From contig JAFGIV010000022.1 of NCBI GenBank assembly GCA_016929435.1, positions 26,918 to 90,917 of the forward strand: a stretch of DNA of 64,000 bases, given 5' to 3'. Positions 23,855 to 33,474 of the stretch are shown piece after piece; the first letter of the stretch is position 1; each line of letters begins with the position of its first letter. The notes below the pieces were generated by a model that saw nothing but the letters and a program-made list of their open reading frames with translations, made no database searches and was not told the origin of the DNA. The position numbers and the translations under genes are program-made. Source of the DNA: Candidatus Uhrbacteria bacterium. GTDB taxonomy: Bacteria > Patescibacteriota > Patescibacteriia > SG8-24.

Positions 23855-24072
23855 AGGACAGCAAAAATCATGTTAGAATCCGCCAAAAAACCAACGGCAG
23901 ACGCCAACGGATTGGTTAGGGGTTGTTTCCGTACCCGTGTCGGTTTCCGACCATGCTTGTCTTTTGGGCGGAACCACCAAGGGTGCGTTGAGGCAATTTT
24001 ACCCCCCGCAACACCAAATCGCAACCGGCAAAAAAACGGTCGTTTTTATGCCTTCCGCAATTCTGTGGATAA

Positions 24073-24098
24073 CAAAAAACCCGGCTCCAAGCCGGGTT
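24073..24098 (-). terminator. rho-independent terminator between the exonuclease gene and nrdJ
   Basis: aacccggc-tccaa-gccgggtt hairpin followed on the minus strand by TTTTTGTT. Confidence 0.5.
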
Positions 24099-24109
24099 GT
24101 CCGTCTCCC

Positions 24110-24691
24110 TCAAAAAGGCAAGGTCATGCTGACCGGCGTCGGTTCCACCCCTTCCTTAAGGAGAAAATCGACCCTTGCCTCAACCGGCCTGCCCATCCTG
24201 TCCAGAAAGCGGACGAACCCGCCGGTCCTCCCGAACTCGTACACCTCCTTGGTGACCTTGACGTCCTGCATGCAGTAGTCACGGAGCCTGTCAATCTCCC
24301 CCCGCCGGAAATACTCGATGGCCATCAGCCCGTTCCCGCTCTTCCCCGTTCCGAGGGATCCGTGGGCAACGTCATCAAGCTTGAGACGGCGGCCGACGGT
24401 TTTCTCTATCTCCACCATCAGGTCCAGGGTCGGCAGTTTGGTCAGGTCCCCCGGATAGTAGGAATTGAGGACCTTGTAGTCAAAACCGAAAAGGTTATAC
24501 CCAATGACCCGGTCGGCCCTCTCCAGAAACGGCCATAGCCTGGAAAGCTCGCTCTCCAAAAAGGAGTGGTACCGGTCCTCGGCGTACGAGTACAGGCAGA
24601 CCATGGAGACCTTCAGCAGGGAAGGGTCATACTTGCCGACATCAGCGAAACTGTTGGACGTCTCGATATCGAAAACGACTTCGTTGGGCAT
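24110..24691 (-). CDS. DEDD-family 3'-5' exonuclease (PolB-exonuclease-like / RNase H-like fold)
   Basis: Exo I VVFDIETS, Exo II YNLFGFDYKVL and Exo III YCMQDV (YxxxD) motifs. Confidence 0.6.
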   Translation of the reverse strand: MPNEVVFDIETSNSFADVGKYDPSLLKVSMVCLYSYAEDRYHSFLESELSRLWPFLERADRVIGYNLFGFDYKVLNSYYPGDLTKLPTLDLMVEIEKTVGRRLKLDDVAHGSLGTGKSGNGLMAIEYFRRGEIDRLRDYCMQDVKVTKEVYEFGRTGGFVRFLDRMGRPVEARVDFLLKEGVEPTPVSMTLPF

Positions 24692-24825
24692 AACGAATCG
24701 GTAAAATTACTGGGATAGATTACCATAACGATAACCGGTTTACAAACCGGGCGGGGCCCCAAGAAACCGGTTTCGGCCGCCATCCGCCCCGGAAAGGAGG
24801 GGCGGGAACGGTACCCGGCGGCAAC

Positions 24826-25980
24826 CTAACGGACCTCCACCCTGATGTTGTCGGCCACGGTCGGCAGGCGGACGGCCCAAAACGGGGAAAGCCGGACCGA
24901 GGCCGAAGCGACTCCCTTGACCTGCTCCAGGTATTCGACGGCCGCCTCACCGGTCACGCCAGCCAGTTTTGCCGGGTCAAGGGCCGGGGAATCCTCGGAC
25001 AGGACGGCGTTGCCCATGGCCGATACCCGCAGGTTGGCCCGACCGCCGGCCAGGTCGGCCTTCTCCAGCTCAATGACCGTGGCCTTTTCCTCCATTCCCG
25101 CCAAACGGCGGCCGAAAGGAACGATTTCCCTGACCTTGGCCTCCGCCAAACGGTCGAGCTGGTTCCGGTCAAAGAATACCCCTACTGCCTTCACGGTAAC
25201 GGTCACCGAAAAACTCTCGGCCTCCTCCCCTACCGCCGGGGAGGAATGGCGGTCGGACATGACCGCCTGAATCGCCTCCCCGCTGACCGGCAGGCCACCG
25301 GCCAAAGCCTCCTTTCGCATCCGTTCGGTCAGGTCCCTGACCAGGTCGGATTTCAGCTGGGCAACCGCCACCTCAAAATCGGCGTTCCCGACCACCCTAA
25401 GGTCCCGAACGCCGCCGGAAACCGGCTCCACCGTTTCCACGGAAAACCTCTCCCGCAGGACCGGATTCAGTCCGGGAATGGTGAACGTCGAGTCTCCGAT
25501 GTCGTTCCCCGGACCGGTCCCGTCGGAAAATATGCCCACTTCCACCGAACCCAAGGCCGGAACCGTCACCTGATCCTTGATCCGAAACAGCATGCCGTTA
25601 CGGTCCAGCAGGCGGGTGGTGGCGACCAGTGTCTGGGGACTGGCCAGGCGACTTGTTATCCTGACCCGACCCTCGGCATGGCCTTCCACCCGGGAAACCA
25701 CGGCGGTCGGAAAGGTTCGGGTAGCGGTATCGGTCAGGGAAAGGACCGTCCCGGACAGTTCCCCGCCTCTCGGCTGCCGGGAAACGTCCGCAATGAACTC
25801 GGCCCGAATCTCCTCCTGCCGGGACAGGACTATGACCGTGGCCTTGGCCCAAACGACATAGAACACCAGGGCAGCCACGGCCAGGGTCATTATGACGAAA
25901 ACCGTGGCCAAACGCCGATATAGCGCCAGGTGGGTCGGCGGCAATTCCGAGAACGGCCGGTTTTGGGGCGGATAGTCCAT
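24826..25980 (-). CDS. membrane-anchored hypothetical protein
   Basis: Single N-terminal TM helix (LATVFVIMTLAVAALVFYVVWA) and a large extracytoplasmic domain. Confidence 0.45.
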   Translation of the reverse strand: MDYPPQNRPFSELPPTHLALYRRLATVFVIMTLAVAALVFYVVWAKATVIVLSRQEEIRAEFIADVSRQPRGGELSGTVLSLTDTATRTFPTAVVSRVEGHAEGRVRITSRLASPQTLVATTRLLDRNGMLFRIKDQVTVPALGSVEVGIFSDGTGPGNDIGDSTFTIPGLNPVLRERFSVETVEPVSGGVRDLRVVGNADFEVAVAQLKSDLVRDLTERMRKEALAGGLPVSGEAIQAVMSDRHSSPAVGEEAESFSVTVTVKAVGVFFDRNQLDRLAEAKVREIVPFGRRLAGMEEKATVIELEKADLAGGRANLRVSAMGNAVLSEDSPALDPAKLAGVTGEAAVEYLEQVKGVASASVRLSPFWAVRLPTVADNIRVEVR

Positions 25981-26100
25981 GACTGTAATATATCATAATC
26001 AGGGGCTTGGGGGTTGACACGGCGGCCGTTTCCTGATACCCTGAAAATCAAACAAGACGCCGGCGGACGAATGCGCCACCGGACGGAAAAGGACCTTGAA

Positions 26101-26343
26101 ATGAGAAAAAAAATTAGAAGACACAAGCGGAAGGCAAGAAATTGCCTCCCCCCGCCACTCCCTCCATATGACATCTATGGGGAATCAGAAAACTGCCTCC
26201 CGCCGCCCCCTCCATGCTGCTCATCTTCGTCAGACGATTCGTTATCGGACGGAAGGTTGTTCCCGAACTACGAGGTCGATGACCTCGACGATGTGAACGG
26301 GGAAAGAGGGAGAAAATCCCTTAACTTCGAGGAAAAAGAATGA
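26101..26343 (+). CDS. small basic/proline-rich protein (80 aa) in an AT-rich cassette
   Basis: RBS AAGGA 7 nt upstream of the ATG. MRKKIRRHKRKARNCLPPPLPPYDIYGESENCLPPPPPCCSSSSDD... with an acidic tail. The Pro codons derive from a GC-rich 25-28 bp direct repeat. Confidence 0.35.
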   Translation: MRKKIRRHKRKARNCLPPPLPPYDIYGESENCLPPPPPCCSSSSDDSLSDGRLFPNYEVDDLDDVNGERGRKSLNFEEKE

Positions 26344-26540
26344 ATCCGTTAATTAAAAAAATAATAGAGGACTTGTTGTCAAATGAGCCGATTTCGGCTC
26401 CCGTCACACCTGAAATGAAGGTGATGGTTCTGAAAGAGACCATCGCCTTCGCCGAAAAAATAATGGCGTTGGCGGAAGAAAGGATCAAAAAAATCCAAAA
26501 CGCCAACGCCAATATGGAAGCCCAATTATTGGGCAAATAA
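26340..26540 (+). CDS. small helical protein (66 aa), ATGA-overlapped with the upstream ORF
   Basis: MNPLIKKIIEDLLSNEPISAPVTPEMKVMVLKETIAFAEKIMALAEERIKKIQNANANMEAQLLGK, with translational coupling to the upstream ORF. Confidence 0.4.
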   Translation: MNPLIKKIIEDLLSNEPISAPVTPEMKVMVLKETIAFAEKIMALAEERIKKIQNANANMEAQLLGK

Positions 26541-26583
26541 ACCCGATTACTGGGCAAAAAACAACAACAAAGACGATTTCTCA

Positions 26584-26613
26584 AACGCCACTCCGGCTGG
26601 GGGTGGCGTTTAT
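26584..26613 (+). terminator. candidate terminator after the small two-gene cassette
   Basis: aacgccac...gtggcgtt 8-bp stem followed by TTTAT (weak U-tract). Confidence 0.3.
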
Positions 26614-26675
26614 GATTGCGGCGAGACCCCTAAATCCCCCTTCGGGGGACTTATGATGGTATGGGGGCGAAAACC

Positions 26676-29600
26676 CTATCCCCCCAACACCGCCCCCCGA
26701 CCGACCACTCCCTCCACCTCCCGAATGAAATCCCCGGAAAATGCGATCCGAAAACTGGTGTCGATGCTCTTTTCCGTTCCGTCCGGCTCTTGGGTCACCA
26801 GGACGACCCGCCGGTTTCCGGGATGTTCGGCCAAGACCCGCTTCATCTCCTCGGCGAAAACCTTGGTCATGGTGGCCGGTACGGCGATCCGGACGATTTC
26901 CGCCTCATGTGCCATGGCGTCGCCGCCGGACGGAGGGGCGCCATCCGGCGAATACATCGCCAACCGATCCCGAAGCTCCGCTGACGTCTCCGGATCGATC
27001 GGATAGAGACGCTCCAGGAGCAGGCTATCCTCCCCTTCCCGGTCCTGGTACTTGACCTCGGCGATGACCGCCCCCTCCTGGGCTATGATTTCCCGATACT
27101 CCTTATATGACCTGGGAAACACGACCATTTCGGACGGACCGCTCATGTCCTCCAGCCGGCAGAAGGCCATCTGATCCCCCTTCTTGGTGGTGATCTCGTG
27201 GACGTTGGTGATGTATCCGCCGACCCGCAGCAATCCCGGCTGCCTGAAGGACACCTCCTTGACCCGCTTCAGGGGCGTCAGCAGCCTGCCGAAAAATTCC
27301 GAATAGTCCTTGAAGGGGTGTTCGGAGACGTAAAGGCCCAAGAGCTCCTTCTCCCAAGCCAACCGCTCCCGCTTGGTGGCCGGAGGCACCTCCCTCATGG
27401 ACAGCTCGGCCTTCGGAACGTCCAGGGCCCCCTGCCCGAATATGCTGGACTGCCCGGACTCGGCGTCATGCCGCGCCTTCCTGTGGTAGGCCAGGATGGC
27501 GTCCATGCTGGCCAGCATCCGGTTCCGTTCGCCGAGCGAATCCATGGCTCCGGCCTTGATCAGGGACTCCAGGGCCCGCTTATTGAAGCCCTTGGTGCTG
27601 ACGCGGCCTGCCAGTTCGGCGATGCTCCCGAACGGGCCGTTTTTATTCCTCTCGTCCAGGATTTCGGCTATGGAATCCGATCCGAGATTCTTGATCGCCT
27701 TCAGCCCGAACCGGATCGTTCGGTCGTCGATGTACGTGAACTCGGCCAGGGAGGAATTGACGTCCGGAGGCAGGACGGCGATTCCCAGGCGGACACACTC
27801 CTGGACCGCATCGGCCACGGTCTCGATGTCCCCCGATTCGCAGGTCATGAGTGCGGCCATGTACTCGGCCGTATAGTTGGCCTTCATGTATCCGGTCCAA
27901 TAGGACACGACGGCATAGGAGGCGGAATGGGACTTGTTGAAGCCGTAGGCGGCAAACGGGACGATCAGCTCCCAGAGCTCGTCGGCCCGCTTCCGGGACA
28001 GCCCCCCGGCGACGCAACCGTCCTTGAACTTTGGCTCCTGCTTGGCCATTTCCGCCGGAATCTTCTTTCCCATCGCCTTCCGGAACTTGTCTGCCTCATC
28101 CCAGTTGTACCCGGCCAGGGTGATGGCCGACATCATGATGTCCTCCTGGTAGATGAGCATCCCCAGGGAGGCCTTCAGCAGGTCCTCCATCCTGGGGTCG
28201 ATCGGGACGATGAGCGACGGGTCATGCTTGCGGCGGATGTATTCCGGAATGTTGGCGATCGGACCCGGACGGTAAAGGGCAACCATGGCCGCCAAGTCAA
28301 AAATCGTCGTCGGACGGAGTTCCGTCAGGTACTTGGTCATCCCCGAGCTGGCGAACTGGAAGACACCCATGGTTTCGCCCCTGGCCAGCATCTCATAGGT
28401 CCTGGCGTCGTCGTACGGCAGGGATACCAAATCGATATCCACCCCCTTGGTGCCCCTGACCATATCCACCGCCTTTCCCAGGATCGAAAGGTTCCGTATC
28501 CCCAAAAAGTCCATCTTCAGGACCCCGGCATCCTCAACCGCATGCATGTCGAATTGGGTGATCAGCTTCTCCCCGCCCGCCTCCCTCTGTAGGGCCATGT
28601 ATTCGGTCAGCGGCCTGTCGGCGATGACCACGCCGGCGGCATGGACGGAAACGTGTCGGGCGCAACCCTCTATTTTCTGGGCCAATTCCAGGAGACGGGC
28701 GACCTGCGGATCGTCGTCGGACATCTCCTTCAGCTCGTTGCACTCCTCCAGGGCCCGGGCGATGGTCATGGCAAAACCCTGCGATCCCATGGGGATGGTC
28801 TTGGCGATCCGGTCGACGAACCCGAGCGGGTAGCCCAAGGCCCGACCAACGTCACGGACTGCCCCTCGGGCGGCCATGGTGCCGAAGGTACCGATCTGGG
28901 CGACATGGTCATGCCCGTACTTACCGGTGACATAGGCGATCACCTCATCCCGGCGGTCATCGGCGAAATCGGCATCGACATCGGGCGGCGAGGGCCGGAA
29001 AGGGTTCAGGAACCGCTCAAACGGCAGCTTGAAAAAAAGAGGGTCAATGGAGACGATGCCGACGGCATAGCCGACCAGCGAACCGGCCGCCGAACCGCGG
29101 GTATGGGAGACGATTCCCTGTCGCCTGGCCCAAATCATGTAATCGGCGACAACCAGGAAGTATTTGGAGTAGCCCTTCTGGTCCAATATCCCCAACTCGT
29201 AATCCAGCCGCTCCGTCTCATCCTCGGTCAGTTTCCGTCCCCGCTTGGACTCCAAGCCGCCGTAGGCCAACTCCCGCAGGTAGGAGGAGGGGTCGTGGCC
29301 TTCGGGAATGTCGAACCTGGGGAAGTTCCACTTGCCCAAATCCAGCCGCAGGTCACACCGCTCGGCGATCCTCACCGTATTTTCCACCGCCTCCGGACAG
29401 TCGGCGAAGGCCCTGGCCATGTGGTCCCCGTCCACGAACGAATAGTCCACGCCGGTCATCCGGTGGCGGTCGTCCTGGTCAACGGTCTTTCCGGCCCCGA
29501 TGCAGATCAGTAGGTCGTGCGGTTCGGAATCCTCCGGATTGAGGTAATGGACATCCTTAGTCGCCACCACGGGAATGTCCAGCCTTTTCCCCAACTCGAT

Positions 29601-30176
29601 AAGGTCGCGGTTCCGGGCCACCTGTTCGTCCATCTCCGGATGGTCCACCAGCTCCAGGAAAAAGTTTCCCTTACCCATGATACTCTCGTATTCCGCAGCC
29701 AACCGTTCGGCCCTTTCCCAGTCGTTCATCTCCAGGGACTTGCAGATGTCGCCCCGCAAGCCTCCGGAAAGGCATATCACCCCCTGGGCATGCCGCCCCA
29801 ACAGTTCCTTGTCAATCCGGGGCTTGTAGTAGAAGCCCTCAAGGTGTGCGGCGGTCGTCATTTTCAGGATATTCCTGTATCCAACCTCGTTTTCCGCCAA
29901 AAGGACCAGGTTGTGGGGCCGATCGTCGATCCGCGGCCGCCTGTCGGTCATCCGGTTCTGGGCCAGATAGGCCTCCACCCCGATGATCGGCTTGATTTCC
30001 TGCTTGAGGCATTCCTTGTAGAACTCAATGGCCCCATAAACCGCCCCGTAGTCGGTAATGGCCAAGGCCGTCATCCCCAACTCCTTTGCGCGCCTGACCG
30101 CATCCCTGACCTTCGGTAGTGCCTGAAGCAGGGAGTAGTGGGTATGGTTATGGAGATGGACGAAGGGGGCGGGCAT
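26676..30176 (-). CDS. dnaE: DNA polymerase III alpha subunit
   Basis: N-terminal PHP domain (HLHNHTHYSLLQA...) and polymerase core; 1166 aa. Confidence 0.9.
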   Translation of the reverse strand: MPAPFVHLHNHTHYSLLQALPKVRDAVRRAKELGMTALAITDYGAVYGAIEFYKECLKQEIKPIIGVEAYLAQNRMTDRRPRIDDRPHNLVLLAENEVGYRNILKMTTAAHLEGFYYKPRIDKELLGRHAQGVICLSGGLRGDICKSLEMNDWERAERLAAEYESIMGKGNFFLELVDHPEMDEQVARNRDLIELGKRLDIPVVATKDVHYLNPEDSEPHDLLICIGAGKTVDQDDRHRMTGVDYSFVDGDHMARAFADCPEAVENTVRIAERCDLRLDLGKWNFPRFDIPEGHDPSSYLRELAYGGLESKRGRKLTEDETERLDYELGILDQKGYSKYFLVVADYMIWARRQGIVSHTRGSAAGSLVGYAVGIVSIDPLFFKLPFERFLNPFRPSPPDVDADFADDRRDEVIAYVTGKYGHDHVAQIGTFGTMAARGAVRDVGRALGYPLGFVDRIAKTIPMGSQGFAMTIARALEECNELKEMSDDDPQVARLLELAQKIEGCARHVSVHAAGVVIADRPLTEYMALQREAGGEKLITQFDMHAVEDAGVLKMDFLGIRNLSILGKAVDMVRGTKGVDIDLVSLPYDDARTYEMLARGETMGVFQFASSGMTKYLTELRPTTIFDLAAMVALYRPGPIANIPEYIRRKHDPSLIVPIDPRMEDLLKASLGMLIYQEDIMMSAITLAGYNWDEADKFRKAMGKKIPAEMAKQEPKFKDGCVAGGLSRKRADELWELIVPFAAYGFNKSHSASYAVVSYWTGYMKANYTAEYMAALMTCESGDIETVADAVQECVRLGIAVLPPDVNSSLAEFTYIDDRTIRFGLKAIKNLGSDSIAEILDERNKNGPFGSIAELAGRVSTKGFNKRALESLIKAGAMDSLGERNRMLASMDAILAYHRKARHDAESGQSSIFGQGALDVPKAELSMREVPPATKRERLAWEKELLGLYVSEHPFKDYSEFFGRLLTPLKRVKEVSFRQPGLLRVGGYITNVHEITTKKGDQMAFCRLEDMSGPSEMVVFPRSYKEYREIIAQEGAVIAEVKYQDREGEDSLLLERLYPIDPETSAELRDRLAMYSPDGAPPSGGDAMAHEAEIVRIAVPATMTKVFAEEMKRVLAEHPGNRRVVLVTQEPDGTEKSIDTSFRIAFSGDFIREVEGVVGRGAVLGG

Positions 30177-30437
30177 TTTAATCCGGGGTTATTTCAGTTG
30201 TCACTTTAGGCCATTTCCCGGGTTTGGGGAAGGGACGGACGGAAACGAAAACCGGACTGTGGAGCCCGGTTTTCGCGTCACCCATTGGAGTTATCCCTCT
30301 TCCGGGCAGGACACCGTCGCGGAGACGATCACCTTATCGGCCAAAAACTAACGTTTACCGCAGCGATCCCGCCGCCGTCGGTAACCCTCATGCCGATTTT
30401 CGGGGTCAATCGGATGTCCCTGTCCATGGGTGCGGGG

Positions 30438-30869
30438 TCAACCTGTCCGTTGGATACCGTTTCCCCGTTCAGGTTCGGATTTTCCCGCAGGCGCCAACCG
30501 GTCCCTGATCTCCCTCAACAGCAGGACCTCCTCGGCCGGTTCCGGCGGTTTGGCCTCTTCCCTCTTCCTGAACCTGTTTATCTGCCTGACGGCAACAAAA
30601 ACGGCAAAGGCGATAATGAGGAAATCAACGACGGTATTGACGAACAGGCCGTAGTTCAGGGTGAGGGCCTCCGCCGTTTCGGTCGATTCCCTTAAGGTGA
30701 CGGACAGCCCGGAGAAATCGATTCCCCCGAGCAGCAGTCCTATCGGGGGCATGACAATGTCGGAAACGAACGAGCTGACGATCTTCCCGAATGCCGTTCC
30801 CACGATGACCCCGACGGCCATGTCCATGACATTCCCCCTGACTATGAACTGCCTGAATTCCCCCAGCAT
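30438..30869 (-). CDS. mscL: large-conductance mechanosensitive channel
   Basis: [44 protein letters not shown] is the canonical MscL TM1/periplasmic-loop region. Confidence 0.8.
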   Translation of the reverse strand: MLGEFRQFIVRGNVMDMAVGVIVGTAFGKIVSSFVSDIVMPPIGLLLGGIDFSGLSVTLRESTETAEALTLNYGLFVNTVVDFLIIAFAVFVAVRQINRFRKREEAKPPEPAEEVLLLREIRDRLAPAGKSEPERGNGIQRTG

Positions 30870-30898
30870 AGCGCAACTCGTTACGGCTAACGGCCTCC

Positions 30899-31225
30899 CT
30901 AAACCCTTCCCCTATCCCCGGTCCGTTGGGGATAATCCGGCGGCAATCGCGGCTCGACCGGCATGAAAGCCCACAGGAGAACATAGGCCAGGATACCCCA
31001 ACCCATTCCGGTAACGGTCACGAACACCCAAACCATTCGGATGGCCCAAGTCGGGACACTGACGGAATAGGCGATGCCCGCACAGACCCCGCCGATCCAG
31101 GCGACGGAGGGAAGGCGACGCAGGGGACGAAAACGATCGCGGTCAATCATACCGATTCCGCCAATCCAGGTGCCGCCTGTTTTTATCCCGTTGAACATCC
31201 ATGGAGAAAAACCGTTAGTCAACAC
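30899..31225 (-). CDS. PspC-domain membrane protein
   Basis: [38 protein letters not shown] matches the PspC domain. Confidence 0.55.
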   Translation of the reverse strand: MLTNGFSPWMFNGIKTGGTWIGGIGMIDRDRFRPLRRLPSVAWIGGVCAGIAYSVSVPTWAIRMVWVFVTVTGMGWGILAYVLLWAFMPVEPRLPPDYPQRTGDRGRV

Positions 31226-31308
31226 CCTTGGGTACCTTAATTAAGTATACACCAGTGCCGCCCTGCCACCAACGGCCCCCGTCAGGTCCGCAACGTGCTG
31301 CCGCCCGG

Positions 31309-32991
31309 TCACCGGAACCGGGCATAGAAGGTCGTCCCCTTTCCCTCCTCCGACTCGAACCAAAGGTTGCCGTCATGCCGTTCTATTATGGTTTTGGCGA
31401 TATAGAGCCCCAGACCGGTCCCCTCAACGTCCTCCGGAGCGTTTTCCGCCCGGAAAAACCTCTCGAAAATACGCGGCTGCTGGTCGTCCGGGATGCCAAT
31501 ACCGTCATCCCGGACGAAAATGACGCTTCCCTCATGGCCATCGGGCAGCAGGCCGATCTCGACATGTCCGCCGTCCCTGGAATATTTTATGGCGTTATGG
31601 ACAAGGTTCATGAGGGCCTCCCTGAACCTGTCTCCGTCGACCGAAAGGGTGAGGCTCTCCGGCAGGGAGGACATTGACACGGAAACCCGCCTCTTCCCCG
31701 CCGCGGTCGCCAGTTCCCTCACCACCGACCCGATGATGGGGATGACATCGGCCGGCTTGCGAACGACGTCGAACTTCCGCCCGGACTCGATCCGAGAGAC
31801 GCTCATCAGGTCGTTGACCAGACCGATCAGGCGCCCGACGACAGAGGCGGCCTCGTTGGCCAGGTCGGACTGTTCCCTGCCCATCCTGTCCCCCACCCCC
31901 GCTATCAGCTCATCGATCGACCACTTGAGTCCGGTCAGCGGCGTCCTCAACTGGTGGCTGACCAGGGATATCAGCTCCGACTTTATCCGATCGACCTCGT
32001 AATCCTTGGTCATGTCGTCGAAAATCGCCACGGCCCCGATGACCCGTCCGTGGTTTCCGCGTATCGGCGCCGCCGAACAACGGATGACCATGCCGGTCCC
32101 GTCCGGGCGCCGGGCAAGAATCCTTTGGGAAATCACGCTTTTGCCGCGCGACATGGCCTCAAAAAGGGGGAAGTCCCCGCCGGAGTACGGTTCGCCGTTT
32201 TCCCTCGTCAGCCGATACTCGTTCGGAAAATCCCTCACTGCGGTGCCGACCGTGACCGGACGGCCGAAAATGATGTCCATGCCGCCGTTGGTCAGGGTCA
32301 GGGAACCGCTGCGGGAATCGGCCATCAATACCCCTACCGGCAAGTTGTCCAAAAGGGTCTGGAGCCGATTCCGCTGTTCCCGAATCTTTGTTTCCAGCCT
32401 TTCCCGGGAGGTCTGGATGACGTATCCCAAAACCGTATAGACGACAACGATCACGGACATTTCCTGAATCTGCCCCGGCGTATAGTATGTCGAAACTATT
32501 CCGTATCTGCCCATGACCGATACGGCGATTATGTAGGCGAAAAACAAAAAATTGAAGATTAGCCCCAATCGCATGCCCATGAGCATGAAGGCGGCCATGG
32601 GAAAACCCAGCACCCAATAGGCCCCGGTTCCCCCCGGAGCCCCGTGATAAAGCGCACAGGTGATGATGTACGCCGTCAGGAAGGTCAGCAGGACGGACGA
32701 GACGGCACGTCGGTGATGAAAACGGAAAAAGGCGACGTTGACGACTATCAGGAGACCGGCCGCCAGCTGATTGACCGCAAAACCCCATCCAACCCCGTCT
32801 TGGTATATGGAATAGCTGTAAAAAATGGCGGTTCCGGAGATTATCCAGGAAAACACGTAAAAGATGAAACGTTCCCGCGCCTCATCCTCATACCGAGGGA
32901 ATGAGGCGACGAAAAACCCCGCTATTTTCCCAAAAAAATTCCTCGAAAAAAATTGGAGCTTACCGAAATCCGCCATAACCCCAATCCGCAC
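31309..32991 (-). CDS. sensor histidine kinase (multi-TM sensor, PAS, HisKA, HATPase_c)
   Basis: H-box LISLVSHQLRTPLTGL, N-box HNAIKYS, and G boxes DDGIGIP and GTGLGLYIAK. Confidence 0.8.
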   Translation of the reverse strand: MRIGVMADFGKLQFFSRNFFGKIAGFFVASFPRYEDEARERFIFYVFSWIISGTAIFYSYSIYQDGVGWGFAVNQLAAGLLIVVNVAFFRFHHRRAVSSVLLTFLTAYIITCALYHGAPGGTGAYWVLGFPMAAFMLMGMRLGLIFNFLFFAYIIAVSVMGRYGIVSTYYTPGQIQEMSVIVVVYTVLGYVIQTSRERLETKIREQRNRLQTLLDNLPVGVLMADSRSGSLTLTNGGMDIIFGRPVTVGTAVRDFPNEYRLTRENGEPYSGGDFPLFEAMSRGKSVISQRILARRPDGTGMVIRCSAAPIRGNHGRVIGAVAIFDDMTKDYEVDRIKSELISLVSHQLRTPLTGLKWSIDELIAGVGDRMGREQSDLANEAASVVGRLIGLVNDLMSVSRIESGRKFDVVRKPADVIPIIGSVVRELATAAGKRRVSVSMSSLPESLTLSVDGDRFREALMNLVHNAIKYSRDGGHVEIGLLPDGHEGSVIFVRDDGIGIPDDQQPRIFERFFRAENAPEDVEGTGLGLYIAKTIIERHDGNLWFESEEGKGTTFYARFR

Positions 32992-33009
32992 CCAACCCCT
33001 TACCGATCC

Positions 33010-33327
33010 CTACTTACCCGCCTTTTTGGCGGTAGCGGTCCGCTTGCGGGCCGCCGAGGACGTCTTCTGCTCGATCGCCCAGGTGACGACCTCCTTCATG
33101 GCCTTGGCCACCAGGGAAAAGCTGGCGGCGGACCTGTCGAGCTTCTCGTTCAGGCTGGACGCCAAACCGTCGATTTTGGTCGCAACGACCTTTATCAGGC
33201 GTATGACCCTGTCGACATCCCGAACGATGGCGATGACGTAATACAGGAGCCACGACAGGAAGACTGTCAGCCACAGGACACACAGTGCCAGGACCACGAA
33301 CAGCAGGTCTTTTGACGTTTCGATCAT
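33010..33327 (-). CDS. small membrane protein, hypothetical
   Basis: One TM helix and a Lys/Ala-rich tail. Confidence 0.4.
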   Translation of the reverse strand: MIETSKDLLFVVLALCVLWLTVFLSWLLYYVIAIVRDVDRVIRLIKVVATKIDGLASSLNEKLDRSAASFSLVAKAMKEVVTWAIEQKTSSAARKRTATAKKAGK

Positions 33328-33474
33328 AGGTTTTTTGCTTAAATTTCCGATTGATTGGTTTCCGCCAACATTATATCACCGATCTTCAAGCCTGCCAAAA
33401 CCCCGCCCTGTTTCAGGACGGGGTTCGCCTTTTTATAATCCGCAAAAGACCGTGACGGCTTGCGCCGGACCGGA

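Noticed and set aside
23855-24072. Cobalamin riboswitch or NrdR box upstream of nrdJ
   Set aside because: Read the 5' region on the minus strand. There is no B12 box (GCCACTG) or conserved GGTGNNAAT/GGGAA riboswitch core. There is no NrdR-box palindrome (acaCwAtATaTwGtgt). Only a terminator hairpin for the upstream gene is evident.
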